This document shows positions 49,682-57,973 of a stretch of 64,000 nt of DNA, piece by piece. The DNA is from Dehalococcoidia bacterium. GTDB taxonomy: Bacteria; Chloroflexota; Dehalococcoidia; Lucifugimonadales; UBA6952. A program made the translations under genes and the position numbers. Each line of letters begins with the position of its first letter. Position 1 is the first letter of the stretch. Below the pieces are notes generated by a model that saw nothing but the letters and a program-made list of their open reading frames with translations, ran no database searches and was not told where the DNA came from. The stretch covers positions 3,791-67,790 of the forward strand of contig JBJKVQ010000040.1 in assembly GCA_045562575.1 (NCBI GenBank). Direction: 5' to 3'.

Positions 49682-50395
49682 ATGAGCCAATTAGTTTTTA
49701 TTCATGGACCAGGAGCAGGGGGATGTTCTGCAGCTTACGAATATCAATTACGCCATTTCCCAAATAGTGTAGCTCCCGATTTACCCGGCCATTTAGAAGG
49801 CGAAAGATGCCTAACTGTAAAGAGTTATACAGATTGGGTACGAGGATGGTTATGGGCACAAAATATAAAAGAAAATCTTGTACTTGTCGGATATACACTT
49901 GGTGCGTCTATCGCGCTTCAATATGCCCTCGATTTTCCAGATGAAGTTGAAGGTATAGTTATTATGACAGTTGCAATGGAACCTAAAGTACGAGCTCCAG
50001 GAACATATGAAATGAGATTAAGGGCAGCAAAAGATCCTACAGTATATGAAGATGAATGGATCAAATTTCAAAGAGTAGCAATGGAATGGGTAGAACCTGA
50101 ATATCGTGAAAGATTAATGGAAAAACACAGAGAAGTTGGACCTATGTCTCAATATTATGATTTAAAAACCATAGATGAATTTGATGTCCGTGACAGAATT
50201 GACTCTTTCAAACCTAAATTACTGCTTTTACGAGGATTAGCAGATCATGGTAATCCTCCCAAGTATGAAGAAAAAATACACCAAGCAGTACCTGGTTCTG
50301 AATATATTGAATTTGATAACGCTGGACATTTCCCAGTAACTGAAATCCCAGATACAGTTAACCATTTAATAGAAAAATTTCTATCTGATATATAG
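49682..50395 (+). CDS. alpha/beta-fold hydrolase with Thr at the nucleophile elbow
   Basis: FIHGPGAGG, elbow VGYTLGAS (Thr codon ACA 49895-49897), D in RGLADHG, and H in NAGHFP. Confidence 0.7.
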   Translation: MSQLVFIHGPGAGGCSAAYEYQLRHFPNSVAPDLPGHLEGERCLTVKSYTDWVRGWLWAQNIKENLVLVGYTLGASIALQYALDFPDEVEGIVIMTVAMEPKVRAPGTYEMRLRAAKDPTVYEDEWIKFQRVAMEWVEPEYRERLMEKHREVGPMSQYYDLKTIDEFDVRDRIDSFKPKLLLLRGLADHGNPPKYEEKIHQAVPGSEYIEFDNAGHFPVTEIPDTVNHLIEKFLSDI

Positions 50396-50479
50396 ATTGC
50401 CAATTTAATCTATTGTAAACAAACAAGCGATTTTGTAGACTATCACAATACAATTTTTACCTACTATTACGAGGTTTTT

Positions 50480-51823
50480 ATGTCTAAAATCAATCAGAAC
50501 ACTTATTTTTTAATAATACTCACAACATTTTGTTTATTTTTATTTTCAAGCTGTGAAGTAGAAGTAGAAGAAATAAAAGACTCTGTAACCTCAAGAATTG
50601 CTGCAAACGAAACTCCTATAGCAACACAAGAAGATCTTACAAAAGATAGGACTACCAAACCAGAAAAAGAATTAACTAGTAAAGACAATACTAGTAATCC
50701 AGAACCAACTCCCACTCCTACGACCGAACCAACTCCTACTCCTACTTCAGAGCCCACTCCTACTCCTACTGCAGAACCCACTCCTACTCCTACACCACTA
50801 CCGCAAGCACCGATGCCACCTGGCTCTCCTTTAGCTTTAATTGCAACAGAATCAGTGTTAGGTATTGACGTAGACTGTGATGTTATGAGAGCTAATGGTG
50901 AATTTACTATTACTAATGATTTACGAGCGAGTGTCATTAACGGAACTGACGGGATTGATAAAATTGACGGTGGTACGGTTAATGTAACTATATATGGGGG
51001 AGACGGAAACGATATCATATGTGGAGGGTCTGGAAATAGTACAATATATGGTGGAAATGGCAATGATGTACTAATTGGAGAACAAGGAATGGATACATTA
51101 TATGGAGATTCCGGTGATGATACATTGATTGGCAGTGGTAATACGGTAGGCATAGAATTTCTCTGGGGAGGTACAGGTAATGATTGGCTAAATGGCGGAA
51201 CTGGTGTTGATTATTTGTATGGAGAATCAGGAAATGACACGCTCTGGGGAGGAGATCAAGACGACAAGCTCTACGGAGATGGTCAAAATGCAGATGTTAA
51301 AGATTGCCCAGACAACCTATCTTGTGATGACTGGTTGATTGGCGGATTAGGTTCAGACACTCTCAATGGTGGTCCCGGTGATGATTCAATTCAAGGAGAC
51401 TTGCTATTAAGTCAATTAAATGAATTAACAACCGAACCAGAATATGCAGATGGAGATATGTTTAGAGGAAATGGTGGAAATGATTATATGATTGACTTTG
51501 GAGGTAAAAATACTTTTTATGGTGGATCAGGTGATGATATTATTATTGGAGGAAAAAATGTTGACCATATAGAAGGTCAAGAAGGTACTGATCGTATCTG
51601 GGGAATGGACGGAGATGACCAACCATTAAGCGGTGATTTAACTTCGGACAAATATCAAACTGAAAATGATGAAGTATATGGCGGAAATGGCAATGATATT
51701 CTCAGTAAGGCAAAAATCAAACTTGGAGGTCCGGGTGAAGATGGATGTAGAGGAGTTCAACCTATAGAAGCATTCAAAGTCGCTTGTGATGATGCAGATT
51801 GGACAGGAGATAAACCCTTTTAG
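50480..51823 (+). CDS. lipoprotein with PT-rich linker and RTX-like Ca-binding beta-roll repeats
   Basis: Signal peptide plus LFSS|C, a (EPTPTPTx)4 linker, then at least 10 nonapeptide GGxGxD-type repeats ([29 protein letters not shown]...). Confidence 0.75.
   Translation: MSKINQNTYFLIILTTFCLFLFSSCEVEVEEIKDSVTSRIAANETPIATQEDLTKDRTTKPEKELTSKDNTSNPEPTPTPTTEPTPTPTSEPTPTPTAEPTPTPTPLPQAPMPPGSPLALIATESVLGIDVDCDVMRANGEFTITNDLRASVINGTDGIDKIDGGTVNVTIYGGDGNDIICGGSGNSTIYGGNGNDVLIGEQGMDTLYGDSGDDTLIGSGNTVGIEFLWGGTGNDWLNGGTGVDYLYGESGNDTLWGGDQDDKLYGDGQNADVKDCPDNLSCDDWLIGGLGSDTLNGGPGDDSIQGDLLLSQLNELTTEPEYADGDMFRGNGGNDYMIDFGGKNTFYGGSGDDIIIGGKNVDHIEGQEGTDRIWGMDGDDQPLSGDLTSDKYQTENDEVYGGNGNDILSKAKIKLGGPGEDGCRGVQPIEAFKVACDDADWTGDKPF
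50702..50797 (+). repeat. 4 x 24-nt in-frame tandem repeat encoding EPTPTPTx
   Basis: Units at 50702, 50726, 50750 and 50774: GA(A/G)CC(A/C)ACTCC(C/T)ACTCCTAC.... Confidence 0.9.
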
Positions 51824-51834
51824 GAGTATAAAAA

Positions 51835-52761
51835 ATGCCAAAACTCAACTTACATACAGCAATAGCCAACTACGGACATACAGCAGAAATAAAAAATGGG
51901 AATATAGGATCAGATAGATTTGAAATGGACCATGTCGATATTAGTCCAGTACCTATGATTTTCAGAAGAATGGTTAGGAATTTAGAATTTGATGTAGCCG
52001 AAATGGCTTTAGCAACCTACATATGCTCAAAACATTATAAAAAAGAGTTTACAGCACTCCCTATTTTCTTAACTAGAGGTTTTTATCATACAGGTATGAT
52101 TTATCGAAAAGGAGCTGAAATCCTTAGTCCAAAAGATTTAGAAGGTAAAAAAGTAGGAGTTAGGAGTTATACCTTCACTCCTGGAGTATGGAGTAGAGGT
52201 ATCCTCGCTAATTACCATGGGGTTGATCTTAACTCAATCACCTGGGTAATTGCTGGTGACGAGCACGTTGCAGAATTTGAATATCCAGAAAATGTTTTGA
52301 CATCTGCTACTAGCGATCTATACCAAATGTTATCTAATGGTGAAGTAGATGCTGTAATAGGAGCACCCACAAACGGATCACCAGATATATTGCCATTATT
52401 TACTAACCCGGAATCTTTGGATAAAGAATGGTATTCTCAAAATCAAATTTATCCAATAAGTCACGTTTTAGTAGTTAAAGACGAACTTCTTGATAGCAAT
52501 CCATGGCTTGGGCAAGAAATAGTTGATGTGTTTCATAAAGCCAGATCTGAATATCTAGAAACTTTCAATAAAAACAACTCCATACAAGATTCTGCTGATC
52601 ATTCGCAAATGGAATTTTCGAAGATTGTAGGAGAAAATCCTGTGAATTACAGTTTTCTCGAAACGCGTGAGGCAATTTCTGCATTTGTTGGTTATAACCT
52701 TGAACAAAAACTTATACCAGTAGCTCTAAGCCCAGAAGAGCTATTTTACGTTGAGAAATAG
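51835..52761 (+). CDS. 4,5-dihydroxyphthalate decarboxylase-like (PhtD family) protein
   Basis: The N-terminal two-thirds matches the recalled PhtD pattern (FRRMVRNLEFDV.EM, FTALPIFLTRGF.H, PKDLEGKKVGVRSYT.T.GVW.RGIL...GVDL..ITWV). Confidence 0.6.
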   Translation: MPKLNLHTAIANYGHTAEIKNGNIGSDRFEMDHVDISPVPMIFRRMVRNLEFDVAEMALATYICSKHYKKEFTALPIFLTRGFYHTGMIYRKGAEILSPKDLEGKKVGVRSYTFTPGVWSRGILANYHGVDLNSITWVIAGDEHVAEFEYPENVLTSATSDLYQMLSNGEVDAVIGAPTNGSPDILPLFTNPESLDKEWYSQNQIYPISHVLVVKDELLDSNPWLGQEIVDVFHKARSEYLETFNKNNSIQDSADHSQMEFSKIVGENPVNYSFLETREAISAFVGYNLEQKLIPVALSPEELFYVEK

Positions 52762-52781
52762 TATTTTTTACACACAAATCC

Positions 52782-52792
52782 TGTGATAGAAT
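52782..52792 (+). promoter_or_regulatory. extended -10 promoter element TGTGATAGAAT
   Basis: TRTGn-TAnAAT type, 26 nt upstream of GTG 52818, with a GGGGGTGG SD in between. Confidence 0.45.
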
Positions 52793-52817
52793 CCCTTAAA
52801 ATACTAGGGGGTGGATT

Positions 52818-54362
52818 GTGAAGAAGATTAATTTATACAAAGCATTTTTGTTATTAATTTCATTAAGTGTTATTGTAATTTCTTGTGGTTCATCTGATAC
52901 AGATACCACAGCCACAGAAATATCTACCAACAATATAATAGTTCCAACCCCAACTGCAGTACCCCCGCAACCTACAGCTACGCCTACTCAAACGCAAACT
53001 AAATCTACATCTGAATCTACAGATTCTAAAAACACTACAGTATCTGAACCTACTGCAACTGCTAAACCTAAACCTACTCCCCAACCTACAGCTGTACCTA
53101 CTGCTACTCCTATACCTCCAACGGCGACACCGACACCTACTGCTACTCCTGTACCTCCTACTCCTACTCCTACTCCTATACCATTACCTGCTAGTTCTCT
53201 TTTTACTAGCTTCTCGGTATGTGGATGGGAATCAAGCTATGCAATTGAGAACGGTGTAATATTTTTATCATCAGCCGAAACACCAGAAAGCAAGTCTGTT
53301 GGGAATTTAAATCTGGATTTTATGCCTGTGATGGTTGGGCAGACACATTCTAACCTTAAAAATCAATCTTTAGGCTTTGCTTACCATGAATATATAAGGG
53401 AAGAACTAGATACAAATAACGGAATACATGCAGTAACTATTCCTGCTGGAAAAACCCCATTCAAGTTGGATCTAAACATAGTTCTATCAGGGAAAGGATC
53501 AGATGGTAACTCATGTTCGACTACAATAACGGAACAATTTACCCGTAGCGATGATTTATATCCAAGTGCAAAACTGTCTATACCTAGCAACGGTATACCA
53601 GATCTAGACAAATACAAGCCATTTTCAATGCCAGCCCCTTCATATGAAGGATTATTCTTAGCTACAGCACAGAGTAACTATGATGACAATTATCAAAAAG
53701 TCCGTGTAAATAATATTGAAGGTAATTTTGTTAGAAAGCCCCCAAGTACTTTAAGAGTTGGTCTTTTTGGAGACGTCAAATCTGAAGACTATGAAACAAT
53801 TCGTGATTATATAGAAGTCCTAGCAGTCGTAGCTCCAGATTTAGATATAGCTTGGGCAAATGATATTTCAGAAGTCACGTTGCCTATACATTTACTTTCC
53901 TGTACTGAGCTCATAAATGAGACTGCTGACCAGTATTGCAATACTTCAGGCCCATCTGGTTCATTTTCAGATCAGTGGGGTTCTGGTAATCTTGCGACAG
54001 GGTGGGGTTTCATTAGGATATCTGATCAGCCTTATGGATCCAGACACACATTAACGCATGAATTTGGACATGCTATGGGTCTTTGGCATTCTGGAATTGC
54101 TAATACTAGTATGGGACCTCCTAATACCCAAGCAGGATACTGGGCTGCACATGATCTTATGTCTGTTGCCTTAATTCACAACCCTCTTATCACGTCAGGT
54201 CAATCACGTGAAGAAATTCAAACGGCACTTAATATGGAGGATAATAATGTATTGCAAGGATTCATTAGTAACCCCGAGACACTATCTAATACACCAGACT
54301 CGGCTTGGGTTGAAATGGGAGAAAAACTTAACAAACAATTCAATGATTCTCGCAATAGATAA
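52818..54362 (+). CDS. secreted/lipoprotein zinc metalloprotease (metzincin-type HExxHxxGxxH)
   Basis: Signal peptide plus VISC|G lipobox, a long P/T-rich linker, and the C-terminal HTLTHEFGHAMGLWH motif. Confidence 0.75.
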   Translation: MKKINLYKAFLLLISLSVIVISCGSSDTDTTATEISTNNIIVPTPTAVPPQPTATPTQTQTKSTSESTDSKNTTVSEPTATAKPKPTPQPTAVPTATPIPPTATPTPTATPVPPTPTPTPIPLPASSLFTSFSVCGWESSYAIENGVIFLSSAETPESKSVGNLNLDFMPVMVGQTHSNLKNQSLGFAYHEYIREELDTNNGIHAVTIPAGKTPFKLDLNIVLSGKGSDGNSCSTTITEQFTRSDDLYPSAKLSIPSNGIPDLDKYKPFSMPAPSYEGLFLATAQSNYDDNYQKVRVNNIEGNFVRKPPSTLRVGLFGDVKSEDYETIRDYIEVLAVVAPDLDIAWANDISEVTLPIHLLSCTELINETADQYCNTSGPSGSFSDQWGSGNLATGWGFIRISDQPYGSRHTLTHEFGHAMGLWHSGIANTSMGPPNTQAGYWAAHDLMSVALIHNPLITSGQSREEIQTALNMEDNNVLQGFISNPETLSNTPDSAWVEMGEKLNKQFNDSRNR

Positions 54363-54391
54363 ACTTTTGTTGGATAATTAAAATTCAAAGA

Positions 54392-54414
54392 GGATGTGGT
54401 CCATTACCACTTCC
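54392..54414 (+). terminator. weak hairpin downstream of the metzincin gene
   Basis: GGATGTGGT, loop CCATT, ACCACTTCC (one mismatch), followed by AT-rich sequence but no clean T-run. Confidence 0.25.
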
Positions 54415-54473
54415 ATATATATTTGTAGGTTTATCTAATGATTTGATAAGTACTGTGGTACAATCGTGGCATT

Positions 54474-54698
54474 ATGTCTGATTCATACATCAATAAATTG
54501 CTAATGGCTTTAATAGTAATATCCATTTTAGGGGTTTTATTACCGACAAAAATATTAAGTGGTATTTTCTTTGGGGTACTACTACCTCTTATCATTGTGT
54601 ATGTAATGTATCTTTGGCTACCAGCACGAATATCTCGTAAAGAGAAAGAAGAAGCAAACAATCCTTATACTAGAGATGGAGATATGAGCGAGAGATAA
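54474..54698 (+). CDS. small two-TM membrane protein
   Basis: 74-aa ORF. TGgTACAAT (54456-54464) ends 9 nt before the ATG, and there is no SD. Confidence 0.5.
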   Translation: MSDSYINKLLMALIVISILGVLLPTKILSGIFFGVLLPLIIVYVMYLWLPARISRKEKEEANNPYTRDGDMSER

Positions 54699-54882
54699 CT
54701 TCCTTTTATAATAGATCTAGTAAGGTATATGAGATAAGTGATTTCACATCTAATTTGCAGAACCAAAACCGAAAAGAAAACCACGTTAAAGTGGCTCTTT
54801 TTATTTAACCAACTACGCTATGATATAATCTCAATATAGTGTAGAATTTTACATATGAAATTCGGCATATGGGAGGTTAATT

Positions 54883-54990
54883 ATGAATACAAAGCATCAA
54901 ATTATATGGGGAGTTGTGTTAATTATATTAGTTGGCTATGCTTCATTAATAGGATACGGAATGTGTAATTCTGACGGTTTGTTCTGCTAA
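54883..54990 (+). CDS. 35-aa single-TM peptide with a Cys-containing tail
   Basis: Not in the track: MNTKHQIIWGVVLIILVGYASLIGYGMCNSDGLFC*. GGGAGG lies 6 nt upstream, and TGaTATAAT sits at 54821-54829. Confidence 0.4.
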   Translation: MNTKHQIIWGVVLIILVGYASLIGYGMCNSDGLFC

Positions 54991-55021
54991 ATATGTAGTA
55001 ATTTCTGCTATGCCGATTCCT

Positions 55022-56644
55022 CTATTCATATATGTTTCCCATATTCCAAGCATCTAATGAAAGTAATCTTGCTTCGGAGCCCTGTGCGCGCAGGGAAATT
55101 CCTAAGCTATCAGCCAATCCCGGATATACTCTTACAGCAACACAAGCTTTGTCATTCACAAAAACTTCAACAACGCTTCTATCTATGAATATTCTAAGTT
55201 GAAGAGGTTCGTTATGACCTAGAGTTATCGTAGTAGTTTCGGGAGCTCTTGATAATGCATCTGGTAGTATAGAGGAATAGGACGAATCTATCGATACAAC
55301 ACTCGCTCGATCCGCAACAGGACGTGCTGTGCCGAAAGGGGAAACTACCCTATTAGCAGATTGTAATAAAGCTCCGGCTTTATCACCCCAATCGGTAATT
55401 TTGAATCCTCTATCCTTAAAAAATGCTATCCGCGTGTATTCTTCTCTATTTTTTGACCTAAGTACATTCAACTCAACCATAGGAGAAGCTTTTGCGTCTA
55501 TCTCGGCAATTATCTCCATCGTATTACCCTCTATTCCATCGAGAACTACCTCTTCATTAGGGGGTAGCACTGTATCTCCTAGATGTTTGTGACCATATCG
55601 TAAAGATTCAATATCCCCAGCAGGTTTGATCTTTAACACAGAATCGTTTTCCAATGTAAGGAGTCTTGGTAGAGTCATGATCTGATTCCATCCCTTTGTG
55701 TCCATACCAGGGTTCATATTAAATATGGTCACCACACCTCCTAAACCATCGGGTGTAGCAGATGGGGCATGCACACCAGAAGGTGTAGATGCTCCGAAAT
55801 TGAATAAACCGCCAGAGAATACTGAGAATTTATCACGTTCTAGGTCGTAGTCCCCCAAAAGGTACTGTCCTCCACTCATATGACTGTAGAAAAGAAGTAT
55901 ATGTTTATCTCCAATAGGCCAAAAATAGGGGCACGCACCATCATCTCCAACCAGTGTAAACAAATCTCCCTCGGTAAAAGGGTGCAAAAATTCCCAGTGA
56001 ATCAGATCATTTGATCTGAAAAGAAAGTCAGCAGCCCTTCTGATTCCTTGTGGCTTTGTTTGTAATGTACCACCAGATAATGAATAATATTTTCCACCTT
56101 TACTCCAAATACAGGGGTCAAACACGGTATATTCCTGAGGAGATCCATCCTGTTCAAGAACAGGTATCACAGCTTTCCCAGTCAATTTTTCCCAATTCAA
56201 AAGGAGAGGATCTGTAGAAACTGCAACTATATTTCCAACTTCTGTACCGTGATACATAGCTATAACCCTATCTTCCTCTACTAACGTAGATCCAGAAAAA
56301 CAGCGACCTTCAGGATTGGGGTATATTGCATATGGTAGATCTTTCCAGTGTATCAAGTCTTCACTCACAGCATGCCCCCAATGTTGCCTAGGATCTTCTG
56401 GTGGATAGGCTTGGTAGAACAAATGCCAGCGACCTTGCCAATAACACAATCCATTTGGATCGTTTAGTGTATTTTCAGGATTAACATAGTGAAAGATTGG
56501 TCGATAAGGATCAGTACTCATATCTAGACGTGCTTTTAGCATCCTTTGCAACAATGGATTATCATTCAACTGCACTTTCTGCTCTTCCAAGGTATCAGCA
56601 AATTTATATTGGGGTGTTAATGATGTGAAGTCTGGGTTGTCCAT
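55022..56644 (-). CDS. glycoside hydrolase family 32-like protein (beta-fructosidase fold) with a divergent acid/base motif
   Basis: HYVNPENTLNDPNGLCYWQGRWHLFYQ, WGHAVSEDLIHW and CFSGS blocks. The RDP position reads FDP, and the ECP position reads ACP (Ala237, codon 55934-55936). Confidence 0.75.
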   Translation of the reverse strand: MDNPDFTSLTPQYKFADTLEEQKVQLNDNPLLQRMLKARLDMSTDPYRPIFHYVNPENTLNDPNGLCYWQGRWHLFYQAYPPEDPRQHWGHAVSEDLIHWKDLPYAIYPNPEGRCFSGSTLVEEDRVIAMYHGTEVGNIVAVSTDPLLLNWEKLTGKAVIPVLEQDGSPQEYTVFDPCIWSKGGKYYSLSGGTLQTKPQGIRRAADFLFRSNDLIHWEFLHPFTEGDLFTLVGDDGACPYFWPIGDKHILLFYSHMSGGQYLLGDYDLERDKFSVFSGGLFNFGASTPSGVHAPSATPDGLGGVVTIFNMNPGMDTKGWNQIMTLPRLLTLENDSVLKIKPAGDIESLRYGHKHLGDTVLPPNEEVVLDGIEGNTMEIIAEIDAKASPMVELNVLRSKNREEYTRIAFFKDRGFKITDWGDKAGALLQSANRVVSPFGTARPVADRASVVSIDSSYSSILPDALSRAPETTTITLGHNEPLQLRIFIDRSVVEVFVNDKACVAVRVYPGLADSLGISLRAQGSEARLLSLDAWNMGNIYE

Positions 56645-56693
56645 ATTTATCCTTTCTATACAAATGTCTGATAAATAACGATATTGTTAATCA

Positions 56694-57593
56694 TTACCAA
56701 AGCCAAGCGGCACCTCGTACTCCACTTGAATCCCCATACTTAGCTTGGCGAACTTCTGTTGCGCACTCTTTCCCAAACACCCAGTTAGACATTAATGGTT
56801 TGAGATCAGAATAAAGCCGATCAATATTAGACATGCCGCCGCCCAATACTATTACATCCGGATCCAATGTATTAATTAGACCAGCCAATGCTTTTCCGAG
56901 CCTTTGTTCGTACCTCAAAAGACATAACTCAGCATTCGGTTCACCTTTTTCAGCCAATTCAACAACTTGATAAGCTTCAAGTACGTGCCCTGTGTAAAAC
57001 TCATAATCTCTAGCGAATCCTGGCCCAGATAAGAAAGTTTCTACGCAGCCAGTTCGACTACAGTAGCAGGGGAACTTTTCTTGGTAATGAATATCCTCAT
57101 CATTGGGCCATGGTAAAGGGTTGTGTCCCCATTCTCCAGCGACTCCATTGCTCCCAATATGTGCTTTGCCATCGATGGCAATACCTCCGCCACAACCGGT
57201 ACCAATAATTACCGCAAAGACTACCTTGAATCCTGCGCCAGCTCCATCAATCGATTCGGAAACAGCAAGGCAATTTGCATCATTTGCTATTCGAACAGGT
57301 CTTCCTAAAATTCGTTGCAAATCCTCATCTAACGTTTGGTCATTGAGCCATGTAGAATTGGCATTCTTAACCTTATGTGTCACAGAAGATAACGTGCCAG
57401 GTATACCTACCCCTATGGAATCCACGACTCCAACATCAGTTTCTGCTTTGGAAACCAGCAATTCAATTGCTCGAAGTGTTGCAGGATAGTTATTTTTTGG
57501 GGTTAAAATCCTCTCCCTATATAACTCGTGACCTGAGTCAGATAGAACAATCGCTTCGATTTTGGTTCCACCAAGATCCACACCAATTCTCAT
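56694..57593 (-). CDS. ROK-family sugar kinase (fructokinase/glucokinase-like)
   Basis: [17 protein letters not shown], and Zn motif [13 protein letters not shown] 57593 (GGAAGGAAGGA upstream) is preferred over the track start at 57620. Confidence 0.85.
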   Translation of the reverse strand: MRIGVDLGGTKIEAIVLSDSGHELYRERILTPKNNYPATLRAIELLVSKAETDVGVVDSIGVGIPGTLSSVTHKVKNANSTWLNDQTLDEDLQRILGRPVRIANDANCLAVSESIDGAGAGFKVVFAVIIGTGCGGGIAIDGKAHIGSNGVAGEWGHNPLPWPNDEDIHYQEKFPCYCSRTGCVETFLSGPGFARDYEFYTGHVLEAYQVVELAEKGEPNAELCLLRYEQRLGKALAGLINTLDPDVIVLGGGMSNIDRLYSDLKPLMSNWVFGKECATEVRQAKYGDSSGVRGAAWLW

Positions 57594-57876
57594 ATGTCCT
57601 TCCTTCCAAAATGAGTACAATCATAGATTTCTATTTATTGATTGTAACTATTATAGTATTTTTTAGGTTATTTCGTAGGAAATCAACAAGTAACACTATA
57701 AGGACTCCATAGGAACAGAGTAATCCTTTTTTATAGTAACGTTACACTATTAAATCATTCCAACTAAAATTATTGCAAATAGACTTGCATAATATTTTGA
57801 TTGTTGTACACTATTCAAACAAATTATCAAAAGTAGTGTAATGGTAGAGCTTACCAACAGAAACGATTGATGCATA

Positions 57877-57910
57877 TTAGTGGGGAGTTGTGCAACCATA
57901 TCCCCACTAA
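57877..57910. repeat. perfect 10-bp inverted repeat (TTAGTGGGGA-N14-TCCCCACTAA)
   Basis: Arms at 57877-57886 and 57901-57910 in the divergent ROK/lipoprotein intergenic region. No T-run follows on either strand. Confidence 0.85.
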
Positions 57911-57940
57911 AGCCTTCTTGTGTTCATAGTAACAAAATTC

Positions 57941-57951
57941 TGTGATACAAT
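57941..57951 (+). promoter_or_regulatory. extended -10 promoter element TGTGATACAAT
   Basis: 22 nt upstream of ATG 57974, with a GAGGTG SD in between. Confidence 0.45.
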
Positions 57952-57973
57952 CTCTTACTGAAAGAGGTGAAAA

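Noticed and set aside
50702-50797. Regularly spaced short repeats, considered as a possible CRISPR array; the same question applies to 58088-58171.
   Set aside because: The units are contiguous with no spacers, are in frame inside ORFs and encode peptide repeats. No cas genes are present.
50503-51153. 216-aa minus-strand ORF, the longest antisense ORF in the window.
   Set aside because: It lies entirely inside the beta-roll lipoprotein gene. Its G/V/S/P-rich repeats are the reverse-complement image of the PT and GGxGxD repeats, and it has no SD or promoter.
50480-51823. RTX repeats considered as a secreted toxin with a type I secretion system.
   Set aside because: There are no T1SS ABC/MFP genes, acyltransferase or pore-forming hydrophobic domain. 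The N-terminal lipoprotein signal argues for a tethered Ca-binding surface protein.
57103-57489. 128-aa + strand ORF, plus 57377-57712 and 61836-62342 on the opposite strands of real genes.
   Set aside because: They sit inside well-supported ROK and PD40 coding regions. They have no motifs and low-complexity composition.
57721-57760. Hairpin-like AAGGACTCC...TAATCCTTTTTTAT, considered as a terminator or small RNA.
   Set aside because: The stem is only about 5 bp with a long loop, and no upstream + strand gene needs terminating. It is probably chance in AT-rich intergenic DNA.
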